From: Cycas panzhihuaensis
Taxonomy: Eukaryota > Plantae > Cycadophyta
Direction: 5' to 3'
DNA: 64,000 bases
NCBI GenBank assembly: GCA_023213395.1
Contig: CM041465.1
Location: forward strand, 7,936,001 to 8,000,000
Shown here: piece by piece, positions 1 to 12,416 of the stretch
Layout: each line of letters begins with the position of its first letter
Numbering within the stretch: the first letter of the stretch is position 1
The notes under the pieces: generated by a model
Databases searched by the model: none
What the model was told of the DNA's origin: nothing
What the model saw: only the letters and a program-made list of their open reading frames with translations
Translations under genes and position numbers: made by a program

Positions 1-313
1 TAGTATAGATTTCAATAAAAGTAAAGACTCCAATGTTCCATTTGGTAAGATGATAAATACCTTAGACTTGACAAAAGTAAAAGACAAAGATTAAGACAAA
101 GCTACCTCTACTCATTCAAATCAAACTATATATACTTGGAATCCATTTAAACTACATAATACTAAAGAGACACACTTTGTTGAAATGATGATAAGGCAAG
201 TTGTTGACTACATTAAGAATGATGATCAAGCTAAAGGACAAGTATTCAAAGTCTTTTTCAAGTATAGGTACCATAAGTTCAAGGAAAAATAAAAGATGGT
301 CATGATGAACATT

Positions 314-1162
314 AAGGGGGAGTATGTTAGGGTTAATATTCCTCACCCCAATCCTACCTTAGAAACATGTGAGTGTACAGATATTAAGGGTAAGTTATAT
401 GAGTTTATTTTAATGTTAAGTTCAATATTATTTTATATTTATTTAAATTTGAGATCTTGATGAAGTTTCCCTCTTCTCTCATAACTATATATCTTATAAG
501 GTGCATAACCTTAGTGTTTTTTAACACCACCTACTTTGGAATATTTATATACTCTTCAACTATGGCTTGAATATAATGATGTATTACAAATACATTTTCA
601 ATATGTATTGAGATCAATGTTTAAGATCAATGTTTACGTGCTCTACTCTACTCTTTGCTATATTCCCAATGTAGCTTGGAGCTAGTTTTAGATTTGTCTA
701 GATAGAATTTTAAGGTTTTGAATTACTTAAAGTTGACCCTTTTATATGTGCTTTCTTAAGTCATATTTCACTAATTGAGGACTTATTTCACATATTACAA
801 AGGGTTTTTTTTTATTTTTTATTACTTATATTTATCTTATTAGTTGTTATACCTAATTTTTAGCTAACATATATATTATGTTATTATTGTAGGTACCCTA
901 TTTGAGTGAAGAAGGCTACTTTTATCTTACAAGCGTGGTCCTTTCTTTGAGCATCCTAAACCCTACCTTTTATGATTTATTTACATTTCTTTTTTATTTT
1001 TTTATTTATTTCTTGAAAAGAACTCTTAGATTTAAGCAAGACCACATTTAAAAAATAAGTTAAACTCAAAAGATTAAAAAAGATAATTTTTAATTAAATA
1101 ATAAAAACTTTTCCACCCTTGTAAGAGGAATGATTAAGACCCTTGAAGTTACCACTCTGCAC
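314..1162 (+). mobile_element. Polypurine tract plus probable 3' LTR of an LTR retrotransposon truncated by the window start
   Basis: AAGGGGGAG (314-322) is followed after 2 nt by TGTTAGGG (325), a typical PPT/LTR junction. The right boundary (…CTGCACA at 1162) is a guess because no partner LTR is in the window. Confidence 0.35.
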
Positions 1163-1599
1163 ATGCCTTTTCCTTTTCTTAAGATCTATAGATATTAGAA
1201 AAAGGCATTAGCTATAAGGTGTATTAAATAGTAAGTTGAGGTGTAAACATATCCTTAGAGTTTGAATATCTAGCTAGACCTAGAGGGGGGAGTACCTTGG
1301 TTAGTAGTCCTTTATTAAATCTGTCACTCAATATAAATTCTATGTAGGTGGAAAAATAGTGTCAAGGGCTATATTAGCCTTCTATACTCACATACCTATG
1401 TATATAGAACTTAACTTACTTACATACTAAAGTATATAGAGTCCCTAAACTGGTACCTATAGGTAGGTACCACTAGACAAAATAGCAATTGAGGGCTTCC
1501 TAGAGATCTGTTAAAACTATAACATTTTAGTTTAATAGCCTACTAGGTAGATAGATCACAAAGATACATAAACATAGAAACTCAAATTCTAATATCCAA

Positions 1600-4500
1600 C
1601 ATTATTAAACTAAGTAGAGGTAACAACTTTTTAGCTTAAAATAAATAAGTTAAAAACCTATTAATCATGAATGATTATTGGACCTATGTAAATAGGGATA
1701 TTATTAAACCTACACCTACTAAGGACCCAAATAATCCAGACCTAAAGATTCATCGTTACCTTATTATCATAGCTACCTTTAGGGTCAAAGATAATATTAC
1801 TCTCCCTTTACTTTACCTCACAGTTGAAGACCAAGTTGACTAGAATATTAAAATTGGTGATACCTCTCATAAAGCTTGGAGCACCATATACCCCCTTTAT
1901 GAGAGAAAAGATGAGTCAAGATCAATCACCTTAAAATCTTACCTCTTTACCATTCCTTTTATTGGTTCAATAGCCTCTCACCATATAGAAGTTGAAACCA
2001 TTAAAAATTAACCCAATACCCTTGGTGTCCCTCTCACTAACCATGACTTAATGTTAAGCATTATCAACATCCTTCCCCTTAAATATAATAGCTTTGTCTC
2101 TTACATATTTGATAGCTTTACCACAATGGACTTTAATACCTTATAAGGACTATTAATTACAGAAGAGAGCATTCTGAATTACCAAGGAACGGTATTTACT
2201 TTTGACTTTGCCCCTACATTTGTAGCTAGAAATCTATGGAGGAACTAGCCACATCAACAGTAACCCCTAAACTAGAAATTTGGTTCTTTAAACCTAAATC
2301 AACAATAACAGTAATCATAACAAAATATTAGTAGTAAAGATAAAATATCACATGTTTATATTATAGAAAGATCAAGTATATTATAGTAGACTATAAGAGA
2401 AGATAAGCTAACTTGCAACTCATGCAAAAGTAAGGTGGCCAACAAAGTAGACAGAACTTTCAATAAAATAGAAACCAAGAGAAATCAAAACCAAAGATAA
2501 TTCAACATATAATAAAAGAGGAACCAACCAAGAAATCAAAGGAACAATAAGAATTCTTAACAAGGAGGCAATATAGCTGACTCTCAGGCCATCTCTAAAA
2601 ACCTCTTCTTTATAGCCTTGTTATCTCATCTTGATGATAATTTTTGGTTAGCAGATTTGAGTGCCACTTATCATATGACTAGTGATAAGGATTTACTTGA
2701 GTATACACATCCTATAAGGGCTTAAATGATTACCTTTAGAGATAATATCACTTATGATACAACTAAAATTGGTAGATCCCCCATTGCTTTGAAGAACTTA
2801 AATGTTCACAATCACATTAGCAATATTCTTCTAATACCTGGCATGAAATTGAATTTATTATCAGTCAGCCAAATAGACAAGTAGAACCTTGATTTTCTAT
2901 TTAGCTAGGGTGTCTACACCATCACTGATCATGCTACATATTAATTAGTTGCTATAAGACATGAGAATAGTGGGTTATATAAGCTTGATGACATTCCCCT
3001 CTCTATTATACCACAATAATATTCTTATACTTTTGTACAAACTAATTACCCTAATAAAGACAAAGAAATCTTAGTTGAAGACCCATCCATTGAAGAAATT
3101 TAAGGTGAATATTCATACAATAAAGAGCAAACCCTCTCAAAAAGCATAAAGAACAAATTATGGCATGAACACCTAGGTCACCTAAATATGCAAAGCCTCA
3201 ATCTCATGTATATACTATAAATGATACATCGGTTGCCTAAGATCAAAAGAACTCGTTGTATTTATAAGGCCTACTTAGTGGGAAAGCAATATATAAAGCT
3301 ATTCCCTTTTAAAAAGGCATGGCAGTCCTCTAAACCATTGGGGTTAGTCCACTTATATATATATATGGACCTATGCTAGTTCCTTCCCTCAATGCAAATC
3401 TATCCTTTATTACCTTTATTCATGATTATTCAAGGAAAGTTTGGGTCTACTTTAATAGTCCTTCTACTTTAATAGTCCTTGAATCTTTTAATAAATTCAA
3501 GGACTTCAAAGATGAAGTTGAAAATAAAAATGGTATGACTATTAAAGTGTTTAGATTAGACAATAGAGGAGAGTATACATTAAGATAATTCACCAACTTC
3601 TATTAAGAATTTGGGGTCAAATGTCAATTCTCCACTCCTTGAACACCCTAATAAAATGGTGTAGTAGAAAGGATGAATCAAACTTTCATGAATAAAGCAA
3701 AGGCAATGTTGAGTATTGCCAACCTTGCTACTTATTTTTGGGCTAAAGCTATATCAACTACTGCATATTTAATAAATAAAAGTGACACTATAATAATAAG
3801 AGATATAACACCTTAGGAGAATTCATCAGGCTAAAAGCCTACCATCCCTAAGGGTATTTGGTTGTACTACATACAAAAGCCTTAAGTACATTTACATTAG
3901 TTATATACTCATATGTAAAGCTTACAAGGTGTATGACCCTATAACAAATTAGGTATATACCACCTAAGGCATTATCTTTACTAAAAACACTCTATACTTA
4001 AACTCTTATCAAATTTAATTTATCATAAATGATAATATTGTTGTACCATAAGTGACTCTTACATCAATTATTAAACCACCTACACCATCAACATCCTATA
4101 CTCCAAGTCCATCTTTAACTCCACTAGCTTCAACCTCAAATTTAGATTCCATCTCTATAATACCAACTATGTCATCAAATGATATCTAAGTAGAAGTCAC
4201 TAGTATCCAAAAACTTCCTAAGTGGTACTTACAAGTGATGAAGGATGCATCTCCTTATCCTCCTACTCTTATAAGAGAATAAAAAATGAGGCATTAAATA
4301 TATTATTCCTTAATGGCATGTGTTCTTGATACTCTTGAGCCTTCCATGAGGAAGTAGTCATAGACCAAACATGGAAGCTACCATGGACAAAGAAATTAAC
4401 TCTATCATCAAGAATAACATATGAGAGCTTACTAAATTATCACTTGCAAAGAAGTTGATTAATTATAGATGGATTTACAAAACTAAATATCATGTTGATG

Positions 4501-5850
4501 GCTCTATCGAGCATTATAAAGCTCATTTAGTTGTAAAATATTTCAAACAACAAGAGAGGATAGATTATAAAGAGACCTTTATACCTATTTCCAACATGAC
4601 TATATTCCATTTGGTTATGTCATTTGTCGTTCAATTCCATTGGCCTATATATATATCAAATAGATGTGAAGAGTGTATTCCTAAATGGAGAGCTCACTAA
4701 AGAAGTTTTTCTTAAAGAAACCTTCTAGCTATATTGTTCCTAGAAAAGAACATTTAGTTTATAAGCTCAAAATTTCTCTTTATGGATTAAAGCAGGCACC
4801 TTGTGCCTAGTATATAAAAATTGATACCTCTTTTTTTAAGCATGGATTTAATCATTCACCCTCTAATCCTAACCTTTATATTTCAATTAGGGATAATTTA
4901 ATCACAATCATTATTCTTTATATAGATGACTTGGAAATTATAAGAAATAATAATAAAGGTATAGCTTGGTTATAATTAGAACTCAAAGGCAACTTTGAGA
5001 TGACTAACCTTGGGTTGCTATATTATTTCCATGGTATTGAGGTATGGTAGGAACCTAGTCACATATTCATATTATAATCTAAATATATAAATAAACTTCT
5101 ATAGTGATTTAAAATAAACTATTGCAAACCATCACCTATGCTAATAGAAATGGGGACCAAGCTCATATTGGATGAATTAGACAAGCCCTTTAATCCCACC
5201 TTATACTAGTAGCTAGTTGGGAATTTGATTTATCTAACTCACACCCAACCAAAAATCTCATATGTAGTTGGGATTTACTCTAGATATATGTCATAGCCCA
5301 AGGTATCTCACTAGAAAGCTACCACTAAATTTCTCAAATACATATATGGCATACTTTAGCTTAGATTTATCTACAACCCTGTTGATGCTACTATCTTAAA
5401 AGAATATATAGATGTTGATTGGGTTGGTTGTCAAGACTCTTGTTATTCCATGTCAAGGTACTATTTTGACATGAACTTAGTTATAATTTATTAGAGCTAC
5501 AAGAAACAACTAAATATTTCTCTCTCCTTCATGAAAGCTAACCACAAAGTTATTGTTCATGCTATGCATAGAGGTGATTTGGATTTATAGGATTCTTATC
5601 AAACTTAGACTCAAATATATACAATCCACCACTCTATATTATGATAATTAGAGTGTGTTAAAGATGCACAAAAATCCTATCTTCCATGTGAAAACTAAAT
5701 ATATTAAGGTCCATCATCACTTCATCTATGAACATGTGAAAAATAGAGAAGTTTACCTTGTGTACCAACTAACCAAAGTACTTAGTAGACCAAAGTTTGA
5801 AAGGTTTTAGCATGACTTTGGCATCAAGTCAAATGAAGTTATCACTAAAG
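1600..5850 (+). pseudogene. Degenerate Ty1/copia gag-pol polyprotein (gag, protease, integrase, RT, RNase H)
   Basis: Copia domain order with recognisable motifs despite many stops: gag N-term 'NDYWTYVN.DI' (~1670), protease 'FWLADLSATYHMT' (~2641), GAG-pre-integrase 'LWHEHLGHLN' (~3158), rve core (ORF 3373-3588), RT 'RWIYKTK..DGSIEHYKAHLV' (ORF 4455-4700), 'LYGLKQAP' (~4778), 'LYIDDL' (~4915), RNase H 'NPIFHVKTKYI' (~5675). PPT AAAGGAGGG at ~5847-5855. Confidence 0.92.
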
Positions 5851-5888
5851 GAGGGTATTAAAATATTAGTGATATCTTTATTTATAAA

Positions 5889-6200
5889 AGTTAGGTATAA
5901 TACCCAATTACATATATTCACCCTATGTAAGCTCTCTCTCTCAATTCATTTATATGTTTATATTAGAGGTTATGGGCCACCTAAAGATGTGTGCTACCTC
6001 TAAGTAGACCAATGGGGTTCTCTCACTAATGGTGAGCATCTATTATAAGTATGTACTCTTCATTCTCTCTAATTGAGTTTTGGCTAATTCTCTACATAAG
6101 GTGTTCATGTTCTACATACTTCATTTCTCTTGTACTTTATTATTTATCATTCATTCACTATTAGATGTTTATTATATAGTTTGCATTTCTAATTCTAACA
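5889..6200 (+). repeat. 5' LTR of the non-autonomous element
   Basis: Aligns end to end with 9061-9372 (e.g. GGGGTTCTCTCACTAATGGTGAGCA shared). Ends …TCTAACA and is followed by the PBS. Confidence 0.88.
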
Positions 6201-6819
6201 TGGAATTAGAGCTCAAGGTTCAATCCTTGAGGGAACTTTATTATGAATCTTTTGTACATGTTATCCTTCATCATTGTCATTCATTTGAGGAACCTTTTGT
6301 GCCTATATTATGATCTACCATTGAAAGTTCATTTTAGGTTATGAAGAGCCAACCTAATGCATCTTTCTTAAAGGAGTTTTTTGCTAAATATTTGGGGTAA
6401 TTTTATCATCTTAAGGGGCTATTTTTGAGGCTATTAAGAGCTGTCCCAAGTTCTATTATTTATGGTTTTTAATGCTATTAAAGTTTTTTAAAGGTGTTGC
6501 AGATCATCTATCCATGTAGGCATGATCACCCTATAGAATCAATGTGTCTACTTTTCAAGGAGGATGATTTTTATGCATATATACAGTTGTGTGAAATGAT
6601 CTCCTTGCATGCTAGTGGGCACATTGTAATGTAGATACTTGTAGCAATTGAGTGGGTCATTTTTTAGCTATCCAGAAATCAAAAATGACTCCATCTTTGA
6701 AATTCTTTTGCAGTTGAGTAATTTCACAAGAATGTATATGTATTATTTTCATGTATTCAAGAAAAAAAAAGGATTGCCAAGTTTCTTACTGTAGTCTGGT
6801 ATATAATAGATTTTTAGAT

Positions 6820-7060
6820 CTAATGGTTGCTTTCCTTTATTGTAGTGTAGATGTGTTGTGCTATATACTATCTTGCCAAGCTTGTGGCTCAAATAAGAGC
6901 ACTGCTCTGCATTGTGTTATAGTGGAAGGGCCTGTTTGTGTAGTTGAAATTGTAAAGTTATTACTTCAATTAGGTGTTTATGTAAATTACTTAAATGCTT
7001 ATGAGAGAGCCAACAGATGCAATAATGGTTTCTCCTAAGTTAACTCAAGTCAAGGATATC
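6820..7060 (+). pseudogene. Captured fragment of an ankyrin-repeat CCCH tandem zinc-finger gene (ANK-TZF; OXS2/SZF1/C3H30-like family), ankyrin region
   Basis: Reads LMVAFLYCSVDVLCYILS..ACGSNKSTALHC..G..CVVEIVKLLLQLGVYVNYLNAYER, then after a frameshift PTDAIMVSPKLTQVK. This matches the family pattern I recall: 'PLMVAA.YGS.DV...ILS…ACG.D..TALHCA.SGG…VVKLLL..GAD.N..DA.G.RP.DVIVV.PKL'. Confidence 0.8.
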
Positions 7061-7109
7061 TTTACTTGTAGACATGCTCAAGATGAATTTCAAAATCAAT
7101 AAACAGATT

Positions 7110-7400
7110 AATAAGGCATAAACAAATCTTCCACCTATCAAGATAAGTATGTAAATGCTTACTTGCTAGGATCCCCTAGAGAAAAATGCTCATGATTATA
7201 TTCATCATATTCTATTATTGTTGTGGGGTTTTTTAGAGCTACAAAAGTTGAGGAGAAATTAAAAAGTTCTAACTCATACCTAGGAGCAAGTGGTTCAACT
7301 GCATAACCTTGACAAGGAAAATGTGGATTCTCCATTGGACTTGATCTAATGGATCTCGAAAGATTATGCCTATCAAAGCTTCTTCTTTCTTCTTTTAAAT
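7110..7400 (-). pseudogene. Possible captured host exon fragment of unidentified protein
   Basis: The C-terminal part of ORF 7159-7518 has globular-protein-like composition (SSPMENPHFPCQGYAVEPLAPRYELELFNFSSTFVALKNP…HEHFSLGDPSK). It continues through deamination-type stops as *AFTYLS**VEDLFMPY. Not retrotransposon-like; family not recognised. Confidence 0.4.
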
Positions 7401-7585
7401 TGTACATTGACACTAATGAACAATATAATGAAGGGAAAAAAAGAAGTAGGAAATAGAGGATAGCCTCCATCTCACTCCTCACAACATCATTTAAGAAATC
7501 CAATAACACTTGAACCAAATGATCAACCTAAAGAGAAAGGATGAATTACATAGTTGCTTCCTTACTTTGATAGTGAAAAAATATA

Positions 7586-7684
7586 GAAGGACTTGACAAT
7601 GAAGGTTAATATATCATCATAGATCATGGATATTTTGTTTTATTCAACATTTATGGACCCTATGTTCAGTCTGGTGATCGCATC
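7586..7684 (+). pseudogene. APE2: Captured fragment of an APE2-type (ExoIII family) AP endonuclease gene
   Basis: Translates EGLDNEG*YIIIDHGYFVLFNIYGPYVQSGDRI, versus the plant APE2 motif 'D.EGRC.ITDHGHFV.FN.YGPR…D..RI'. The stop and the Tyr fit deamination of CGA TGT to TAA TAT. Confidence 0.75.
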
Positions 7685-9060
7685 TTTGAGGTAAAACTCA
7701 AACATTCAAGGTCATAAGGTCTGCTAAATTTGAATCTCTCCAACTTGCATAGACTTGCAACCACATAATAGGGGACTACAAAAATCAAGTAGAAAACTTC
7801 TTGTGTTGCATATATCACCTCCTCTTCACCTCATCGACTTGATTGTTATCCCTCAAACACATAAACCTATATAATCAATAGAAATCAAATCCCATCAATG
7901 GTGGCGATCAAAAAAATTTAAAACCCTAATAGCTTAGGGAATTTAAACTATTCTAATTAATTTAATTAAACTACGTTTTTGGCATATATTTTTTAATCGT
8001 GGTGGACATGAGATTTTATACAAAGGGATTTTTTTTTCATTGGAAATCTTAATGAAATTAAATTGGATACTAGTTTTAGATCTGCCCAGCCCCCTATCAA
8101 CTTAACCCTAGTCACATGGTAGGCTTATATGACTAGTAGACATCTGATTAAAGGGGCTAGCCCCCATTTTCAGTTTCATATGGAGCACTCTTCATGTTTT
8201 TGTTGATATCTTAAGCTATAGGGCTCCACTTTTACTCCCATCTATTGTGTTGGATTCGTAACATAGAGGCCTTTCCATTGGCAAGTTACTTAATGATTTT
8301 TTAAGCTATTTTGATGCAAATGATTTAGCTTGAAATTAAAAATTTCTATCAAATCTTTATCTTTCTTGATTTTTTTAGCTTCTTTAGGCACATACATATA
8401 ATTCTTAAGGCTCCATGATATTTTTTAATGTAATATAGCCCAATTAGGGGGGACAACATGTACTAAAATTTAATTTTCTTGGCTCTTGAGAACCCATTGT
8501 GTTCATTTTATATTTTATTGTATGAGATAGAGTCATATGTGCTATAATCAAGTCACATCTATCATTTTTAAATCATGTAAAAATATTTATTATTGGTTAT
8601 TTTGCCCATGGTGGCAAGTTGTATAGTCTGAAGAGGCATCTTTTAGCCCATATGGTAAATTTGAAGACATAGTGCCCATTGTATTTCTGATAATTAAATG
8701 CCAAAGAAGTGATAGTCCTATTTAGCAAGAGGTAGAACACACTTTTAAAGCTACTCTTGCCTGCCATGTGCCATTTATATATTTTTCTACTTACACTCCC
8801 ATATGAGTAAGGGGTGGGATCTTTTTTAGCTACTCTTGCTAGCTACTGATTACTTAGCATGCATAAAGGGAGTTCCTACCCAACTGGTAGTTGTCACAAC
8901 TAAGGGCCTATGCATTATAGTAAATGGACTCTACTTCATATGGACATTGGTAGTTTTTTTATTCATATGTAGTAACATTTGATCCAGCATACTTTTTGAA
9001 GACGCGAGCTTATCATTTAATGTGACAATATTTTATGTAATTAACTATTACAAGGGGGAA

Positions 9061-9372
9061 TATTGGGTGTAATACCCAATTGCATACACTAACCTTATGT
9101 AAGATCTTTCTCTCCATTTATTTGTATTTTTATATTAGAGGTTTTAGGCCACCTAAAGATGTGTTCCACCTCTAAGTTGACTAATGGGGTTCTCTCACTA
9201 ATGGTGAGCATGTATTATAAGTATGTACTCTTCATTCTCTCTAATTAAGTTTTGGTCAATTCTCCACATAAGGTGTTCATGTGGTACATACTTCGTTTCT
9301 CTTGTATTTTATTGTTTATCATTCACTCACCATTAGATATTTTTTGTATAGTTTGTATTTCCAATTCTAATA
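9061..9372 (+). repeat. 3' LTR of the non-autonomous element
   Basis: Preceded by the PPT, followed by TSD ATAAA, and matches 5889-6200. Confidence 0.88.
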
Positions 9373-9699
9373 ATAAATATATCTTTGTATCATAATGTAA
9401 TTCAACTATATTATAAAATGATGTTGAGTCCATCCCTTTCCACATAATAGGCCAATTATATTGGACCATTATTTGGTTAATAATGTTAATATTCAAGACA
9501 TTTCATGGCTTATAAATTATGCTCAAATTCTCTTTAATAGAAATAGATTTTTCTATAGCAGCGAAGCTCTGCCAAATTAAAGACTGAAGGTGCCAACTAA
9601 TTTGTCCCTTGTGTTCTCTATAAGTAGTTTGTATTAAATAGTTATTTGCTTTGTTTATGATTTTATTTCTATATACATAAGAGTATTTTAGATCCTATA

Positions 9700-10560
9700 T
9701 TGACTTTTTTAGGTATTGCATTCTAAAATAAACTTGTGTATCTCTACTTTCATCTCCTTCTAATAAAATGTATTCTATATCTAGTGATATGTTTTGTCAA
9801 TTCTTATATATCCTACTATTAGAACATAATAGGCCTTATTGAGGATGTTAATTTTCAATGATGATGATATAAGTACTAATATTTTACCTTTTCATAGGAT
9901 CAAATTTTTTCAAAGTCTATATTTTTATATTCCTTTAGTGTAGATCTCCTTTAATGCTTTCTCAAGCCCCAAATCATTCTAGTATTCCTGAATTAGTGCT
10001 TCTATCCAACTTAGAGTAGTTATAGAGATGGCATATATGGATATATCCTTGTGTTAAGTTTTGGCCTTTGTGATATAGGATAATACATCTATGATGATAT
10101 TCTCTTTACCCTTTTTATACAAGATGTTAAAATTAAATATCTGAAGCTTGCTTATCCATTTATGTTGTTCATTGAATAATGTCTTTTAGTTAAGGAAATA
10201 CTTGAGGTTATTGTGATTAGTTTTGACCATAAATTTATTACTTAATAAGTATTATTACCATTAGTGCATGATGTGCATTATTTCTAGCATTTCTTTATTG
10301 TAAATAGGCTTAAGTCATTCTCATATGTTCAACTTATAACTTTCATATATTAGTGGACAATCATTTTAGAGGAGGATTACTCTTATACCTTCTTCAAATG
10401 CATTAGATTCTAGAGTGAATGGCTAGAAAAATTTTGCCATTATGAGTAGTCATATTATAGTTGTTGTAGCCTTAAGTCCTTAGAAGATATTTTTGGCTAG
10501 TTGGCCCCATGTAAAAGCATCTTTCTTCATAAGACAAGTTAGGGATGTAGTGTTAAGACT
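9700..10560 (-). pseudogene. Ty3/gypsy (chromovirus-like) RT-end/RNase H/integrase-start remnant
   Basis: The minus strand reads 'SLTCLMKKDAFTW', 'YNKEMLEIMH…YLLSNKFMVKTNHNNLKYFL…EQHKWISKLQIFNFNILYKKGKENII', the gypsy RNase H_like pattern. Confidence 0.82.
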
Positions 10561-10562
10561 AA

Positions 10563-11884
10563 TGTTTTATTTAGGCATTATTATACTACTCTAATGTTTC
10601 TTTATAATGGTGATGTGCGATGTGTTATTCCCTATTTTATAAGCCTATTATAAATGGCTCACATGCATTCAACCCTATCCAAAGCTCATGTAAGTCATGT
10701 TCCATTTATAGAGGGACTTCCCTCATTAATGCAATAAATAATTATTAGTAGTTTTACATGGTATCAGAGTAAATTTTTTATCTAGTTAAGACAATCTATT
10801 TTTGTAGAATTTTTGGAGAAAAATAGGAGGATTTTGGTAATATCCAAGCTATCAGAAGATCTAAAGTAAGAAAAGACATTAATTATGCAATGTACAGAAT
10901 TATATAGTCAAGTATAGACTATATAGATGAGATTTTTTGAAGTGCTCAGATTTAGCTAAAATTTCACCAGTAGAATCATTTTAAGGAGTATATCATCTTT
11001 CTCTAAAGGCTCAACTTAAGATTCATCTATTTTAGGGCTATTCTAGCTAAGTTTTAGAGGGTATAATTTTGAGAAGAAATCCTTTATTTTCTTTCAAAAC
11101 ACTTAATCATACCAAGTAAAATTTATGTTAAATTCTTCCTCTTGATAAGACAAATCATTTAAGACTAAATTTGAAAATTTTTATCAAAGTTTAGAGAAAT
11201 ACAAGCATTTTTTCAAAAAAAAACCTAGTTGCAAATCTAAGTTTTTGGCTCATTTTTTGACTAATCTGGAAAAGATCTCTCAAAAGTTTACTATAGATCT
11301 AGAATCTACTCTTCAAGAACTTTGTTTTACACCCACTTTTATTCCAACCCATACACCAACAAAAATCTATATAAATTTGTAGTGTGTATAATCATACTTC
11401 TTAAGAAAACCACCTTAGAGTTTATGTTGATTTGAATCTCAAAATTTGAAATGGCATCTTTAGCAATTACTCCTAGAGAAGCTAATAATCTTATAAAAAC
11501 TAATTTTAGAACATGAAAAGTTAAAATGGAAGGGCTCTTAAGAGCTAAGAATACATGGAGAATAGTGATTGGAGAAGAAAAGAAACCTTTAGATATTATT
11601 AATTTAATAAGCTAAGAAGAGAGGGATAATATATCCATAGCCACTCTCAAGCTTTTAATCTTTGATTCTCTTATGACTTAAGTAGATGGTGTAGGTTCTT
11701 ATGCAAAAATCTAGAAGGTTGTAACTTCCTTGTTTAGCCAAAACAGTTAGGCTAAAATAATTACCTTAAAAAAAAAATTATATAAACTTAAAATAAAAGA
11801 AAATTAACTAGTCCTTAATTTTATTGCAAAGGTAAATACTATAAAAAATAATCTTGTTATAGTGGGAGCTAAGATTATTGACAC
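10563..11884 (+). mobile_element. 5' part of a Ty1/copia element: short LTR, tRNA-iMet PBS, 5' leader, gag start
   Basis: …TTTTACA (10758) is followed by TGGTATCAGAG (10759). Gag from ATG 11451 reads 'NFRT*KVKMEGLLRAKNTWRIVIGEEKKP', and is interrupted at 11885 by another LTR. The LTR left edge is approximate. Confidence 0.75.
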
Positions 11885-12295
11885 TGTTATAATATAATGT
11901 CTAATGTATATGTGTTTTATGTAAAGTGTGTCTTAGAGTCAATAGAGTTATAGTCCTAGCTATTAGAGTCTAAGGGTCATGCATTATAATAATGTTATAT
12001 GGGAAGTTAAAAGGTCATTAGTTAATAGGTTGGTGAAGTGTCATTAGTTAGGTTAGAGGTATTTGTCCCACATGTGTCACATCCCTTATATGGTCTCCCA
12101 CCTATGTTGTATAAATAGGTGGTTAAGGTAAAGTATGTAATCAAGTCATCATGGAGACTCATGTTTGAATTTATGGTGTATTAGTGTTCTAATGTAATCT
12201 ACTTGTGTTGAGTTAATATAAGTTATGCTTTATTCATTAATATTGATGCTAGAGTTGAATGCTTTCCATATTAAAATATAATATGGTATTAGAGC
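11885..12295 (+). mobile_element. LTR (11885-12283) plus tRNA-iMet PBS of a nested element
   Basis: Starts TGTTATAAT and is followed by TGGTATTAGAGC at 12284. Its first ~135 bp recur after a PPT at 48011-48145. Confidence 0.75.
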
Positions 12296-12416
12296 AGGAT
12301 GCATGTTAAAGCCACTGTTATACAAGTTCACCAAGTTTTGATAAGAGGATAGGTGGGTCCATTAAGTTGGTTTCCATATTAAAAATCTAAATTGAGGAGG
12401 TGTCCTAAAGCATCTT

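Larger units (their letters stand above)
5889..9372 (+). mobile_element. Non-autonomous LTR retroelement (LARD/large TRIM-like) carrying host-gene fragments, inserted in the 3' LTR of the preceding copia
   Basis: About 312-bp direct repeats at 5889-6200 and 9061-9372. PBS-like TGGAATTAGAGC at 6201 (cf. tRNA-iMet PBS TGGTATCAGAGC). PPT AAGGGGGAA at 9052-9060. Perfect 5-bp TSD ATAAA (5884-5888 and 9373-9377). No recognisable gag-pol inside. Confidence 0.88.

Noticed and set aside
5856-6212. One LTR shared between the copia PPT and a downstream PBS (tandem element)
   Set aside because: The ATAAA TSD shows that a different element inserted ~30 bp into the copia 3' LTR.
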